From Camelus ferus (lineage: Eukaryota): a DNA stretch of 64,000 nucleotides. This document shows positions 1 to 13,249 of the stretch, piece after piece; positions within the stretch are counted from its first letter, which is position 1; each line of letters opens with the position of its first letter. A program made the translations under genes and the position numbers. The stretch spans positions 55,182,001 to 55,246,000 of the forward strand of contig NC_045697.1 in NCBI RefSeq assembly GCF_009834535.1. Direction: 5' to 3'. Under the pieces are notes generated by a model. The model did no database searches, was not told the origin of the DNA, and saw nothing but the letters and a program-made list of their open reading frames with translations.

Positions 1-970
1 CTGTGAACTGCCAGTACTTACTGCCTCAACCTGTCATTTTGAAATAATTATATACAGTTATCTGTTGCCTTTTCTAATATTTAAATTTTGAAATGCACGT
101 TCTGACTCTGTGCATGAATTCAGTTCTGTAAAGGCAAGTTCCTTTTATTAGCATAGTACTCAGTGTTCAAAGTGTTGAATTAATAATTAATATCATTTTC
201 AGTGATGGTCTCTTGGACAAATTCAACTCTGAAAGCACTTCACAAAATGCACTGAAATACATATTCACTCTTACAGCGTCTCTTGGACATCCTAAAAAAT
301 GTAATAAATTCTGCTTTGAGAACATTTGATTAGATATCCTAAAATATATACATTCTCCTTTGTTCTTCTGAGTGGCTAAAATTATAATGCACTTTACTTC
401 TCCATGACCAATAAAACCTTCATGTGATAGATACCATGCCAATCTTTTCCAATTTTGAATGCTATTTGCAATTTGGATAATTGCATGCCCTTGGGAAAGT
501 ACTTGATCAGATGTCTAACTAAATTTCTTGTAAAAGTTAAATGTTTCACAAGAAGAGAGAGACTATGCCTCCAACTCTTTGAGGATTTGTGTTTGGCATG
601 CCCTTTGCAAGTCCCTCACTCAGAAGGAATATATATGAGATGGATCTCTGCCTTTACCAGACTCCAAAACTTTTAATCCATAAAATACAAAATAAAGTTT
701 GTCCATATGAGAGAGACACTGTAGATTCTGGGGTAGATGAGGTGGACTCCTGGTTATAAGCATTTCAGAGTACACATTTTCGCTCTATCACTTTTTCGCC
801 TAAGAAACATGTCAATCCACGGAGTTAGGTGGATGCATTAAAGAGAATGACAGGGGGTTTATTTAAATTCATTTAAAAAGTTATTTTCAAATTTTGGTAT
901 CTGAATTCTTATCGGTTATATGTTAGTGCTGCACATCTCACAAATGATCATGACATGTGGTGCTAGCAGG

Positions 971-1410
971 TGTTGCCAGAGAATAGGTTCTTACCTCATG
1001 GGTGCAGGAAAGAATTCAAGAGCGAGGCATATGCAAGTGAAAGCAGGTTTATTTAGAGAGATACACACTCCATAGACAGAGGGTGGGCATCTCTGGAGGC
1101 AAGAAAGTGTGACCACGAGGTGCAGGATTGTTAGTTTTTATGGGTTTGGTAATTACATATGCTAATAAGTAGGAGGATTTATCCAACTATTTTGGGGAAG
1201 GGGTGGGGATTCCAGGAATTGGGCCTCGCCTACTTTTTGACCTTTTATAGTCAGCCTAGGAACTGTCATGGTTCCTGTGGGTGTGCCCTGAGGCTCAAGG
1301 TCTACTGAAAGTCGAATCTTCCACCATCTTGGTTCTAACCAGTTTGTCCTTCCTCAATTGCTGTGTCATTCCTTCAATGGTTATACCCTGCCCTATTCCC
1401 TCCTGTCTCA
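971..1410 (-). mobile_element. Solo LTR of a class I (ERV1-type) endogenous retrovirus
   Basis: TG...CA termini (TGTTGCC at 971, TGTCTCA ending at 1410). Perfect 4-bp target-site duplication CAGG (967-970 and 1411-1414). Minus-strand AATAAA (TTTATT near 1048). A 4-bp TSD is typical of ERV1. Confidence 0.85.
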
Positions 1411-1539
1411 CAGGGTCTTTGAGAATCCCTGCTCTAGGCTACCACTAGATAAAGATTAGAGGGACTATGCACCAAAGAATCTAGGTGATTAAGTGTTAGA
1501 GACTGATGACTACACTATAATTATGAATCCAGTGTACTC

Positions 1540-2014
1540 TGTGGCCAAGAACTGATAACAGATGCTCTGGGTTTCCAAACTATATCCCTTTGGCACTCAC
1601 TGCCTTGTTAATATAAATACCTTCAGGTTTTACTCTAAAGTCTTTTTCTGACTACAGAGGCCTGAGGCAGAGCAGGCCAGAAATGCTAGGGAATTAACTA
1701 CCAATGACCCTTACCTACCAACAGCCCACAAATGACAAATGAGAAGTGGTGAATAAATGCCCCATCTCACCCTCTCTTCCCCTTGTAAAACTCGGGGGCA
1801 TGTTTCTTACCCTCTTCCAAAAGTGCTGAACCAGATCAGATTCTAGTTGCCTACAGTGTTAACCTGTGTATGAGAAACCTTATACTGGTTTATCCCTTCC
1901 CTTTCTTGCCTCACTGCCCCCACACCCCTGGGATTATCACCCCTATAAACTACTTGCATGTAAATCTGAATTTCAGAGGCAAAGTTCTCACAGTCAAAAA
2001 CCTAATATAAGCCA
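1540..2014 (+). mobile_element. ERVL LTR, LTR16-like
   Basis: Starts TGTGGCCAAGAA. The 3' end 'ctataaactacttgcatgtaaatctgaatttcagagg...cctaatataagcca' resembles the LTR16 terminus. Flanks TACTC / TACAC form a 4/5 match to a 5-bp TSD. Confidence 0.65.
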
Positions 2015-3339
2015 TACACCAGAAATGATTGTCTTTTCTTTGCAGTAACTGTTCTCAAAGCTGGCGTACTTGAGATCTTATGTGGAAAAAGATGAAAGAA
2101 TAGCAAGAATTATTAGCCCCTCAGTGAATAGGTAAGTTCTAAATCAAGACTGATACCTTTCTCAGACGTCTGTCAGCATATAAGTCACTATTAAAAAGTG
2201 TTTTGAAAAAATGGTAGAAAAAATTAGTATGCTGAATCATTGCATTTCATGCTCTAAATGTATTGTCTAGTTGTCATCAATATTTGTTTTAGCACCATAA
2301 TAATAGACAATGTCTCCCATAAGCATTTATGTCTTTCAACTTGATTTTCATAGGGTTATTGCTCAGACAAACTGACTTTGCTATTTTTCACTGAGCCTGT
2401 CAGTATAAACAAACTTCTTTTGAGTTTAATATTTTATTGGATTCCTCTGAAGACAGTTATATTGATATTTTAATCTAAGGTGCTTTTTTCATTTTGGATT
2501 AGTCAGTTTATACTATCCAGTGTTTGTGAAGGAAATTTAGGTTGATTTATTGCTCTTTCTGAAATGTAAGTGATGCCATTTGGTTCTCTGACTAGACAAA
2601 TAATATGAATAAAAACATCACTTGAATTCCATTCTGACTTTTTTACTGATTTATAAATCTAAGTACAAGCTATTATTAAGTTTTATATATCTCAGTTTAT
2701 CTATATGCCAAGTGGAGACATAGTCTTTACCCTCCATATTTAATATCAGTATATGATGAAAAGATCATGGGATGATTTGTCAGAAAATAATGTCGAAAAT
2801 GATTTGTCTACTTAATCAACCAGCAGTTTTAAGTAGTTAAATTTTTAATTTTGCTTATACATTTCCCTCCCTAAAATTCTAGTAAGAGATAGAAATGAAC
2901 TTTAGGGAAGGCATTCTATGACTAGGGTGTGGTGGGGTAGGGAGTTTTACAAAGTTTGGCTTCACCCAACTCTCCTTTCTATTAGCCATGAGATACCTAA
3001 AGGGCTCAGCCCTGGTGGGTGCTGCTCCAACTGGCCATCGTCTTCACAGCTCCTATTTTTCAGGGCTGCTGTTTTCACTTTTGCTAACATTTTGGTCACC
3101 CACAATAAAGTGACAGCTGCTTCCGTAGTGCCATGATAAGCAGAGACATTGCTTAACTCCAGGGAGACATATCTTTCTCACTGACTACATTGTAGTCTAC
3201 ATGGTTGGGTTCGGAACCCCTGTACTGAGCAACAGGACAGCGCAAAACAAGCACTCTTTTCTGGGTGCTGGGGCTGAAGGGCTTATTCATCTCTCCCTCC
3301 ATGGACCTCTAAGCCATTGTTATGGTGGTTGATGATTAA

Positions 3340-3660
3340 TAATTCTAAACGCTAGAAAGGATTCAGTATTTCCCATATGCCAAGCAATGTGTTCTGAGAA
3401 GTGTTATTATATTCCCATTTAAGAAATGAAGACATTGAGGCCCATACCTGAAGCTTAATTTACAGCCACCCAGCCCTTAACTGCCTTAGACTGAGAAAGA
3501 GATGGACATAATTTAAATTCTGTTTTCCCACTTACCAGCTCAGCAGCCAAAAGCACGTTTTGTAATCACTGTGAACCTCATCTGCCAGTTCTGAAGTTTG
3601 GGTCTAAGGGTAGCTGCCCTATATGGCTTAGGGAAGTTTGGTGAGGCCAAATGAACAAAA
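3340..3660. mobile_element. Degenerate MIR fragments (apparently both orientations)
   Basis: 'tattatattcccatttaagaaatgaagacattgaggccca' and 'ccacttaccagct...tcactgtgaacctcatctg' resemble the MIR core. Confidence 0.45.
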
Positions 3661-4010
3661 TCATAACAGGATGATATATGTTATAAAAAATAAAGCACCT
3701 CCTATAATAACTTATAATTTTATATTAATTATTCACACTTGTTGATTTAAAGGAGCATAGCCATATTTCTTTCTTACCCAGAAATCTCCATAGACAGAAC
3801 ATCTTAATGTGTTATATCCAATGGCAATTTCAGTTTTATGAGTTGAGATAATAGAGCAGTTCACCAGCCTCATGCTCTTTCCTCTACTTCTTTCACACAT
3901 ACTATACCAATCAATATTGACTTTTTAAATAACCAAGATCAAAGTAGTAAATCTCAGGCTAACAAGGTCTTTGAGAATCTCCAGTTTTATGAAAGAGCAA
4001 AGCCATTTGC

Positions 4011-4326
4011 TTTTTTTTTTTTTTTGATTCTTTTTTTTTTTTTTTTTGTATTCAAGTATAATCAGTTACAATGTGTCAATTTCTGGTATACAGCACAATA
4101 TCCCAGTCATGCATATACACACATATATTCATTTTCATATTCTTTTTCATTAAAGGTTATTATAAGATATTGAATATAGTTCCCTGTGCTGTACAGAAGA
4201 ACTTTTTAAATCTATTTTTATATGTGATGGCTTACATTTGCAAATCTCAAACTCCCAAATTTACTCCTTCCCACCCCCTTTCCCCCAGTAACCATAATTG
4301 TTTACTATGTCTGTGAATCTGTTTCT
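4011..4326 (-). mobile_element. 5'-truncated young LINE-1 3' end (cetartiodactyl/camelid type) with poly(A) tail
   Basis: Long poly(T) at 4011-4047 followed by 'attcaagtataatcagttacaatgtgtcaatttctggtatacagcacaat...gatattgaatatagttccctgtgct', the reverse complement of an artiodactyl L1 3'UTR. Confidence 0.85.
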
Positions 4327-4638
4327 ATAAGTCAATTCTCTATAACTGAGAAGTTTGTTGGGAAAGGTAATTTTGAATGTTGAGAGAAAAAAACTGGTGA
4401 TTTTTTTTATGTTTCAGAATTTATATTTTTTATTTTTTTAATTTTTAAAAAATTTTATAGATTTAATGAAGTTGGAACAGCACTTAGAAGGAAAGGTACT
4501 ATACTTTATCCACTGATACATCTGTTTTATTCTAAACTTACGTGAGATAAGGCCTCTTTTCTTAACATGAACTTTTATTTTTTTAAATAAAATAATATTT
4601 AAAGAATACCCCTGAGAGACAGAGTTCATAAAGTTGTG

Positions 4639-5551
4639 TGTGATGATTAATTTTATATATTTACTTGGTTAGGCCACAGTACCCAGATATTTAGTGAACC
4701 ACCGATTTCAATGTTACTGTAAAGGTATTTTTTAGAGAGATTAACATTTATATCAGTAGACTGAGTAAAACAGACTACTTCCCATAGTATGAGTGGGCCT
4801 CATTGAGTCAGTTGAAAGGTTTAAGAGAAAAAAGACTGAGATCTCCCATGAATGAGTGAATTCTGTTCCAGACTGCCTCCAGACCCAACATCAACTATTC
4901 CCTGGGTCTCCAGCCTATTGGCCTACTCTGGATTTCCCAGCTTCCAAAATCACATGATCTAACTCCTTAAAATAACAACCTCAGTGTCCATCAACAGATG
5001 AATGCATAAAGAAGATGTACAATGGAATACTTACTACTCAACCATAAAAAACAATGAAATAATGCCATTTGCAGCAACATGGATGGACCTAGAGATTATT
5101 ATATTAAGTGAAGTAAGTCAGACAGAGAAAGAAAAATATCATATGATGTCACTTATATGTGGAATCTAAAAAAAGATACAAATTTTATTTGCAAACCAGA
5201 AATAGACTCACAGACATAGAAAACAAACTGTGCTTACCAAGGGGGAAAGGGGGTAGGAAGGGATAGTTTAAGAGTTTGTGATTAACAGACACACATTACT
5301 GTATACAAAATAGGTAAACAACAAGGACCTACTGTAGAGCACAGGGACTATTTCAATTTCTTGTAAATAGAAAAGAAACTGAAAACATACGTATGTATGT
5401 ATATGTATAACTGAATTGCTTTGCTGTACACCTGAAACTAACATTGTAAATCAACTAGACTTTAATGAAAAATAAGAATAAAAATAAGTCTTTGTGTATC
5501 TCTGTACATGTATTATTGGTTCTGTTTCTCTGGATTACTCTGACTAATACA
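4639..5551 (+). mobile_element. MLT2-type (ERVL) LTR interrupted by an L1 insertion
   Basis: Start 'tgtgatgattaattttat...ggttaggccacagtacccagatattt' and end 'attggttctgtttctctggattactctgactaataca' match MLT2 termini. The middle (4976-5480) is L1. Confidence 0.8.
4976..5480 (+). mobile_element. 5'-truncated LINE-1 3' end nested in MLT2
   Basis: 'gtccatcaacagatgaatg...gccatttgcagcaacatggatggacctagagattatt...ctgtacacctgaaactaac' is the L1 ORF2 end/3'UTR. A-rich tail, AAAATAA duplicated at 4969-4975 and 5481-5487, and a TT|AAAA endonuclease site. Confidence 0.9.
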
Positions 5552-7929
5552 CTGTCTTGTCCACCCTTTATAGCTCTCAGGAGCACACAGTAGGTGCTCA
5601 GTAAGTAAAAATGATGAACAGCAAGTGCTTTAAAGCTGACACTCAGAAACAAAATCTCTCCCACCAAAGATATATAGGAAGCACATCTCTTTAGGAGTTC
5701 TTACACAGGTTCAGCAGGAACCCCCAATCTCCCCTTGCTTTTCTTTGGATACACTCTGATGCTTTTTTATTCAAGTAATTGTGTTCAACCCTGACCTTGA
5801 TCTCCTGACTTCTCACGAAGTTAAACCTAGCCTTTTCCAACTCTTGCCCTTCCTTCTTTCTTCTTTCTTTTCCACTTTCTAACCCCAAAGGACATCTGAT
5901 CTATTCCTGGCTGTACCTTCTGAAATCTATGAACTATGAAATTACATAATTAATAGACAGTTGAGTAAGTAGTAGAGAGCTAGAAAGTCCACACTGTAGT
6001 CTCTTCTGTCCCCTCAACCCCAGCTTCCCCTTGGACAAACACAGTTATGGAAGCAGATACAAAGGCAATTAGCTTTAAAAACTCTGGCATACAGGAAGTC
6101 CCCATACAATAGCTTGGAAGGAGTGGTGTGTATTAGAAAGCTTTGTAAGTATTCACTGCCATCTGCTCCTATCAGGACTGTCAGTTCTGCATCAGTCCCT
6201 CTCTCTCCCCTACCCTTCTCCTACACACCATAGGGGCGTCCTGCATTATTCTTGGAACAGCCATCATCTGGCAGCTTTTTTAACATATGTGCAGCAAGTA
6301 TTGCTGCTTTAAGCAGCTCATCAGCTCAGAAGCCCCCTAAAATGCAGAAAACATACTTTATTTTTCCATGTGGTATGCTGGCAATAACATGAGCCTTTCT
6401 ATATTTTCTTCAAACAAGAATATTCCTTCTGACCAGTCTTAAGGTCCATACCTCCTTTCATCCATGTGCGGGGCAAGGGTGCCTAGGGTAGGACAGGAAA
6501 AGTCATTTCAGCTGGGTTCACTCTTCACAGCATTCTCATTTAAAACTAACAGGTTTATTTTTAAAAATAAAAGATTTACACATTTGCCTCAAAGATTACC
6601 TGGTGCTTATAATAGTTCACAGTGCTATCTGTACAGTCCAAAAGAGGGGTTTGGAGGTAACATGTTTAGCCATTTCCTGAAGGATGACAGATAGAAAAGA
6701 AAAGACAGTGTGAGAAGAAACATGGGTCCTTACCTTATTTTCATGACATTTTCATATTTGAAGATTGTGTAAGAGCTAATTCTGGGGTCATCCTTGGAAC
6801 AAAGAATAAATACCTGAACACCCACAATGTGGTATATACCTGAAATTAGAATTATTACACATAGCAAAAAATGAAGAGGTTCACTGATTTGGATGGTGCT
6901 AAATGATATGGGAAAAAAAAAATGTGTGTGAGGGCACTGTACATATCACTCCAAGAACAGAAGGCTGATGGATATGCTCTCTATCCATGTTTTTGCAGAA
7001 GCCAAATAGGGATTTGGTTGTTTTGTATGGTGTCAGAGTAAACTGTTACCACACAGTGTGGAAGCTCCCTAATGTACATGGTCATTGGTCAGAATGGAAA
7101 GTCTAAACAAAGAAAGGCCTTTTCCCAGATTGCTTATTATTTTATGTTTAAATTTCTGTTTTTGATTTTCTAATATTTCTTTCATTAATGAGCAACATAA
7201 AGCTAGAAGAATCTTCTTAATGTGATGACAAAAACTGGTTTGGGCATGGAAAAGCCTAGTTTTATTTCAGTCATCATTTAGTTAGTTAATTTGCTTTGTT
7301 AAAAGACAATATTCAAATAGAAAAATAGAACATTTTATCCTGTTGATTTCATGTCTACTATTGTTGATAATGAGCCAGTGGCTATCTAAATATTTTTATT
7401 TTCAGAAATCAATGTAAAAACTTACAGAATTTTATGTATAAAATATAATTATATATTAAGTTTGCATTTAGCTTGAACTTCTCTGGTCAAAAGTATAACA
7501 AGGAAATTTCCTAAAAGGAGATTTCTTACTTTTCAGTTAATCCTCTTACAAATTAGGCACTAAGAAATTGAGGAACTATTATTTAGATGCTTATCTTGAC
7601 CTGCAGTCCCTGGATTTCTCTTTTTCCTCTTTGTTCAGCCCTTTTAGCTTTACTTTCCTCTCAGAATCGCTGGACACTATTGTTAGTCTTTGCTAGTAAG
7701 TAACCTGAATTATTTCAGAGATTTGTCCAAGTTATGGTGAGTCCCATCAGTTCTTTCATTGTCAATGAATAAAATCTAAGTTCAAGGAATTCAGATGTTT
7801 AGCTTAAATTTAAAAAGCCCAGAAGTTCCTTTGAGACAGTGGCATGTATGAAAAGTACACATACACAGGCAGGTGTATGTGACTCTTCCAAGAGAAATGA
7901 GTGTGAGATACGGATACAGAATGAATCTG

Positions 7930-8880
7930 TGCTGTTTGGAGGTGGCCAGAGGATAACTGTATAATCTTTTCAGGGCAGGAGAGAGCAAAGGCCAGGGGAA
8001 AGGAACAGCTGAAGGTATAAGAATGGGAACAATGGGAAGACGAGGGGCCCAGAGAGTCAGGAGGTAATCAATGGGACTTAAACATGCATAAAAATTAGTT
8101 TTGCTGATGAGGGAAATGGAAGGTTCCTGAAGGCAGAGGAGTATTTAGAGGAAGAATGTAGAGAAAGTCAAAGGAATTCATGTGAAAAAAGATACCCCCC
8201 CCCCCCCGAAAAGAAGAGGGTAAACTGAAGAACAAAACTGCAGGGGAAAAGAGTGTAGAAAGTTTAAAGAATGAACGAAAGGGGGAGAGCTTCCGTCAGA
8301 CACGAGAGAAGTCAAGGTGAGGAAAATGCATAATTTCTAAGAATTCTGAGGTTGTGGCTGAGGATAGACAAACATGGAGTGTACGCATTTCATCTGACCC
8401 GTTTTCTGAGTCTCTTAGTTATCCTGTTTGGGTCTGGAGTTGGAGTAGGTGAGTAGGTAAGGAAGGTAAAGAAAAGCAGCAATTATTGATATTCCCCAAG
8501 TTCTAGGTGCTGACGGGTGACCTCACTGCTTTAATCAGTCAAGATGCTGGACTTATTTATGGTTGAGGATTGGCACTAGGAGGATCCTTGGGAGGAATTC
8601 AGGGATGAGTCAATGATTGACAGGGGCTCCAGGGTACATGGGGTGCCAGTGAAACTCCTAACTGGGGGTAAACAGAGAGGCCAAGGAGCTAGAGGTCCTG
8701 ATGAAGCTAGAAGGAGGGGTCAAAATAGGAGTATGTGAGAAAAAAGAAGGTTGTGATCAAGAGGGAGATTTAATCTTGGGCTTGGATTATTTTATACAGA
8801 TGAAGTAGTCTGGAAGTGGTCTTGCTCATTAAAAGTTAAAGTAGAGGGAAATAGTAGACTTGAGAAGGCCAGAGAACTCT
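7930..8880 (-). mobile_element. Probable highly decayed L2 LINE
   Basis: Purine-rich plus-strand tract with L2-like wording. Family assignment is by general appearance only. Confidence 0.35.
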
Positions 8881-10316
8881 GACTTGACTTTGACTTTTTC
8901 AAAATCTAAGAATCTTTTTTTTTCTGTCAAATGACTTGAATAAATTTTTGAAATTAGCTAAAATCCAAAGAAACAGCTAATTTGGTATGATTCAGAGATT
9001 CCTGGGTTGTGTTTCCAAATCTCTCTTAAAGGACAGTGTTCTAAATTAATCTTATGCTTAAAACTTAGTGTTACAACTGCAAATAGAGAGCCCAGTGTAT
9101 TCACAGCCAAAACTCATCATCAAATTGTTTAAGTGGCATTTGCAGCCATTCATCTGCAATTTCTAAAGCCTGTGAGGAATAAAAAAGCACAGAATGCATT
9201 TGCTCACTTCATATCTTTACTTGAACGTTCTACAGTATAGTAAGTCCCAGTAATACAGAAAAATGCATACTAAAATTAGAAATAAAAACACAGGCAAAAA
9301 TCCATGAATTTTGGCCTTCTTGTGAATTTTGCTAGTAGATTTTGTTTTTATCTGGGACCAGTAAACTGGTTCCACCAGAATAGCTCTCATCTTTTAGATC
9401 ACATCCCTGTAATTCTACTTCTTTTCCCATCTTGTTCCCATTTCCCTGTGTTTCACTTATATTCTTTAGAACTGAGTCCGTCTTACTTTACTTTACCCAA
9501 ATAGCCCACCGAAATATGGATTGGTGGGACTTGGTATATAATTATGTTTTTTCTGGATTATTAAATTTTTCATATTATTATTTTCTTTGGCAATTCAAGA
9601 GGAAACAACTCTCGTAAAGGGCAGTTTAAGAATTCTTCAGTGCTTTAGCTTCGGGCTTTTATTTGATATTTTTAAGCTTGTATATGCATAAAGATGTTAA
9701 TGCCAATTAGTGGAAAATAGCCTTTGAGATTTCCTACTGTTTCCAGTCGTTTTTTGAGTAAGGTATATTGAAGATGGAAATAATATATTTAGTACTTTTA
9801 TGGCCTCCGTAACATACTTGCTTTCAGAGACCCATCCTAAGAGCCCAGTTTTGTTTAGCTTCCTCTACATTTAATCAGTCCAGCGTTGAGTACCTTAATC
9901 ACACTGATGTAGCCTCATCCCAGGGGACCTCCTTTCTTCATCAGCAGACATAATAAAACAATGAGAAAGGAAGTACCAGTAAGGAAGGTGGTTTGAAGTA
10001 ATAACAAATGAAGGGACAGTTTGCTAAGTGAGGCTGAGATGATAAGTGATTTGTGGTGAAGAGGAACTCCACCAGTGGAATCTTATAACCGTGAAGCAGT
10101 TGTACCATAGACGGGTATCATGTGCCCGCCATTGGAGAAGTTGAGATGATGCCAGAAATGAGTACAGGTGCAGAGGGCTAAGATGAAAGATAAAAAGAAA
10201 CCTGGGTAAGATATTTTTAAAAAATAAAAGAAACAGAAAACTTGAGGGTAAGCCCTTAAAATGCATAAAGGGATTTTCTAATGTCCTACTATAATATTTC
10301 AGAACCCAGTAATTCC

Positions 10317-10667
10317 TTTTTTCCTAATTTTTTACATTGTTAGAAAATTTTTAAAGGTTGATTTCCATTTACAGTTATTACAAAATATTGGCTATATTCC
10401 CCATGGTGTACAATAGATCCTTGTAGCTAATTTTATACCTAATAGTTTTTACCTCTGACTCCTCTACCCCATATTGCCCCTCCCCCTTCCTTGTCCCCGC
10501 TGGCAGATATCTGTATCTGTGAGTCTGCTTCTTTTTTGTTATATTCACTAGTTGGTTGTATTTTTTAGGATTCCACAACTAAGAGATACATAGTATTTGT
10601 ATTTCTCTGTCTCAGTTATTTCACTGAGCATAATGCCCTCCAAATCCATCCATGTTGCTGGCAAATC
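10317..10667 (-). mobile_element. 5'-truncated LINE-1 3' end
   Basis: 'ttacaaaatattggctatattcccc...gtgagtctgcttc...ggattccaca...ttcactgagcataatgccctccaaatccatccatgttgctg' is the reverse complement of an L1 3' end. Imperfect TSD AGTAATTC(C/T)T on both sides. Confidence 0.85.
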
Positions 10668-10862
10668 AGACCAGAATTAGTAATTCTTAATTTCCACTTG
10701 TATACTGTCTTTCTTTTTTTCTTTGAGTGGGTTTCCTTGAAGTATTAAAATATTTTGGTGCAGCCAAATATTTCGTGCAGCCACAAAAATGAAAGAGAGT
10801 TTTTAGAAGGCTATGCAACAGAAGAATATTAGCATACTAACTAGATAATTTGTACGGTCAGG

Positions 10863-10955
10863 TGAGAATGCAGATTCTGATTCAGTAGGTCTGGGGCTGG
10901 GCCCAAGGTTTAGCATTTCTCACAAATTTCCAGGTGAGGTTGCAACTGCTGGTCA
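10863..10955. mobile_element. MER5-type hAT-Charlie non-autonomous DNA transposon fragment
   Basis: 'aatgcagattctgattcagtaggtctggggctgggcccaagg...gcatttctcacaaatttccaggtga' is the MER5A core. Confidence 0.75.
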
Positions 10956-12559
10956 CTAAGTAGATGTCACTTCCACTCTTTCCTTGCTGTTTTTATTTAT
11001 CTACTAGTGCCTCCTGAGCTATCAGATCAATTGGAAAACCAGAAATATCTCTGGATCACTGGTCTTTACCTCTATATACCGAGAGAGTTTTCTCAAAAAG
11101 TGTTTGGTATGTAATTGATAGGTGTCCTTTAGTCCAGCAGTTTGGTGACTTGTTCTCTACAGGATGATCTTATGAATATCACTTTATTGTGACATTCATA
11201 AGATAGGCCACGTAATAATAACAGAATCAATATTGAGAGGGTGTCAGGACACTTGTGTCATATTTTATGATATGTATCTCTGCATCTAACTGGTTATGTT
11301 AGACTAATAATCTTTCAGTACCTTCTTAACTTGGTGATTTAAAGCCAGTGAGCACAAGATGTCATTCCCTGGTATTCATTGGCTTTGAATGATAAATACA
11401 AGTCTGCCTGCATGTCTCTCTGCTGAGGTTGCTTCTTCCAGTGGGGAGATGCCTCTTCAAGACTGCTTTAAATCCTAAATATTTTTAATTCACCTTAAAA
11501 CTACTTTTTTTCCTGTCTTTCAATTCAAATCTATTTTAAGAGGAGAGACCACACCCACAGGTTCCCTGATGATCAATTAATTTCTCTGCTCAGATTTTTG
11601 TTATGCAACCTAGCTAGGTCGCTCTGCTACAGGGAGGCTTACAAGATAAATTGCCTCCCTTTGGCTGTGTCGTTCTCTTCAATTACACAAACAGCAGCCA
11701 GAGAATCTGGAAGAGATGAGGACTACAAGAATACTGGGAGATGCTAACGATTAGCACTTGCATTATTAGTCTCTGGAGGTTATTAAAGCTCAGAGTGCCT
11801 CATGGCATTGTCAGAATAGCAGAGTGACACAGAAGCAGGCAGCAGTCAGGCGGCATCATTCAGCTGCCCAAGATAATGCTCTCCCCGTGCACAGGGCTGT
11901 TTGCCCCCTCAAGTCCCATGATCCACCCAGGAATCAACAGACCCTGCCTGGCCATGATGGGTTTAGCTGTATCTAATCAGTCTGGAGGGCTGATAGCTGT
12001 GAAAACCCTTGTTACCCTGGGAGGGATGCCTATCTTTAATAAAACAGAATGTAGTTACTGTACCACTCGTTTCTTAAAGCACTCTCTTTGTATTATTAAT
12101 TTTTTGAAAGTGCAAGTTTGGGAAAGTCTTTAGAGACGCCAAGCTTATCAACTCTATTCATCTTCTGAGTGAATACATTTCTCTATGAAAATAATGCTCT
12201 TGGAATGCTATTTTGTTTGTGGTTCTCCAAGGAGAGAGTGTTCGTTCTATCTCTCTGCCTATTCTGCTCCATTTAAGAGTGAAGTTCATAATGATTAGAG
12301 TGTCAAAAGGAAAGAAAACATCCTGAGACATCATGGACTGAAGCATCTGGGAGGGCTGAAAATTTGCCAGTAAAACCTTTTGTACTATGGTGCAGACACT
12401 CTTGAGTTTGCACTACCAGTGTGCTCTGAGCAACTTTTTGGAGACAGGATTCACTGCTAGAAAAGAGTGGAAGTTTATTGACAAAATGTAGGTAAAAAGC
12501 AGAGCAATCCACATACCAGGGGGTTTGTGCATTTCAAGATAGAGAAGTGAAAAGTAGAT

Positions 12560-12800
12560 GCTGGTGTAGCACACACAATTTAAAATAGAGCTGTGGCTTT
12601 GAAGTTGGACACATCTTCCCTAAAACACGAATCTGCTTGGCTACCTTGGGCACATTCCTTTCTATTTTCCTTTTATTTTTTCACTTGTGAAATGAGGGGT
12701 AATGATATCTTATGCACAGTGTTGTTGAAAGGATCATATCAGATTGGTATAAGTTCATTTCCTAGTATATAATACATGACCCGCCAATGTCAGCTTTGCT
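12560..12800 (+). mobile_element. MIR relic
   Basis: 'ggctttgaagttggaca...accttgggcacattcc...cacttgtgaaatgagggg taat' MIR-like core. Confidence 0.55.
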
Positions 12801-13249
12801 AACATTCTTTCATAGGCAGTGTTCACTGTTTCTTCCTTCATTTCTATCTTTTTTATCGTTCTTATGACATTTCATTGAAATTATTTGCATTGAAGTCTGT
12901 TTAGGTTTTGATTTTCTCTTGAACAGGGACCATGTCTTATGATACTAAGATCACTAAGTTTGAGGTCAAAATCCATTCAACTACTAAAAGTTTTTCACTA
13001 GTGAAGATGGGGTGGTAATACTTCTCAAAGTAGCCATGAAGATTGAATGGGAAACCACAATAGGTACCCTCCCTCGGCACAGTGCTTGTGGGCACAGAGT
13101 GGCTTCTAAGAAGATATTAGTTCCGCTCTTCCTTTCTTTTGAACAGTTAGTACCTGAAAGTTTCTGATAACATATTTCATATGTATAATACCATTGTTTA
13201 GTGAATGAGGGAATCTATGAATAAGTAAGTGTGTGAATGTGTGAGTAAA

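Noticed and set aside
275..291. Minus-strand 17-nt exon-like pattern (tttttAG GATGTCCAAGAGACGCT GTAAGA) near a 12-bp direct repeat GTCTCTTGGACA
   Set aside because: Weak donor context, not frame-preserving; only two repeat copies, so not an array
6734..6839. Possible 106-nt minus-strand exon (ctaatttcAG...AAG|GTAAGG) with one open frame (IYHIVGVQVFILCSKDDPRISSYTIFKYENVMKI)
   Set aside because: Weak pyrimidine tract, peptide not recognisable, no partner exons; such matches are expected by chance in 64 kb
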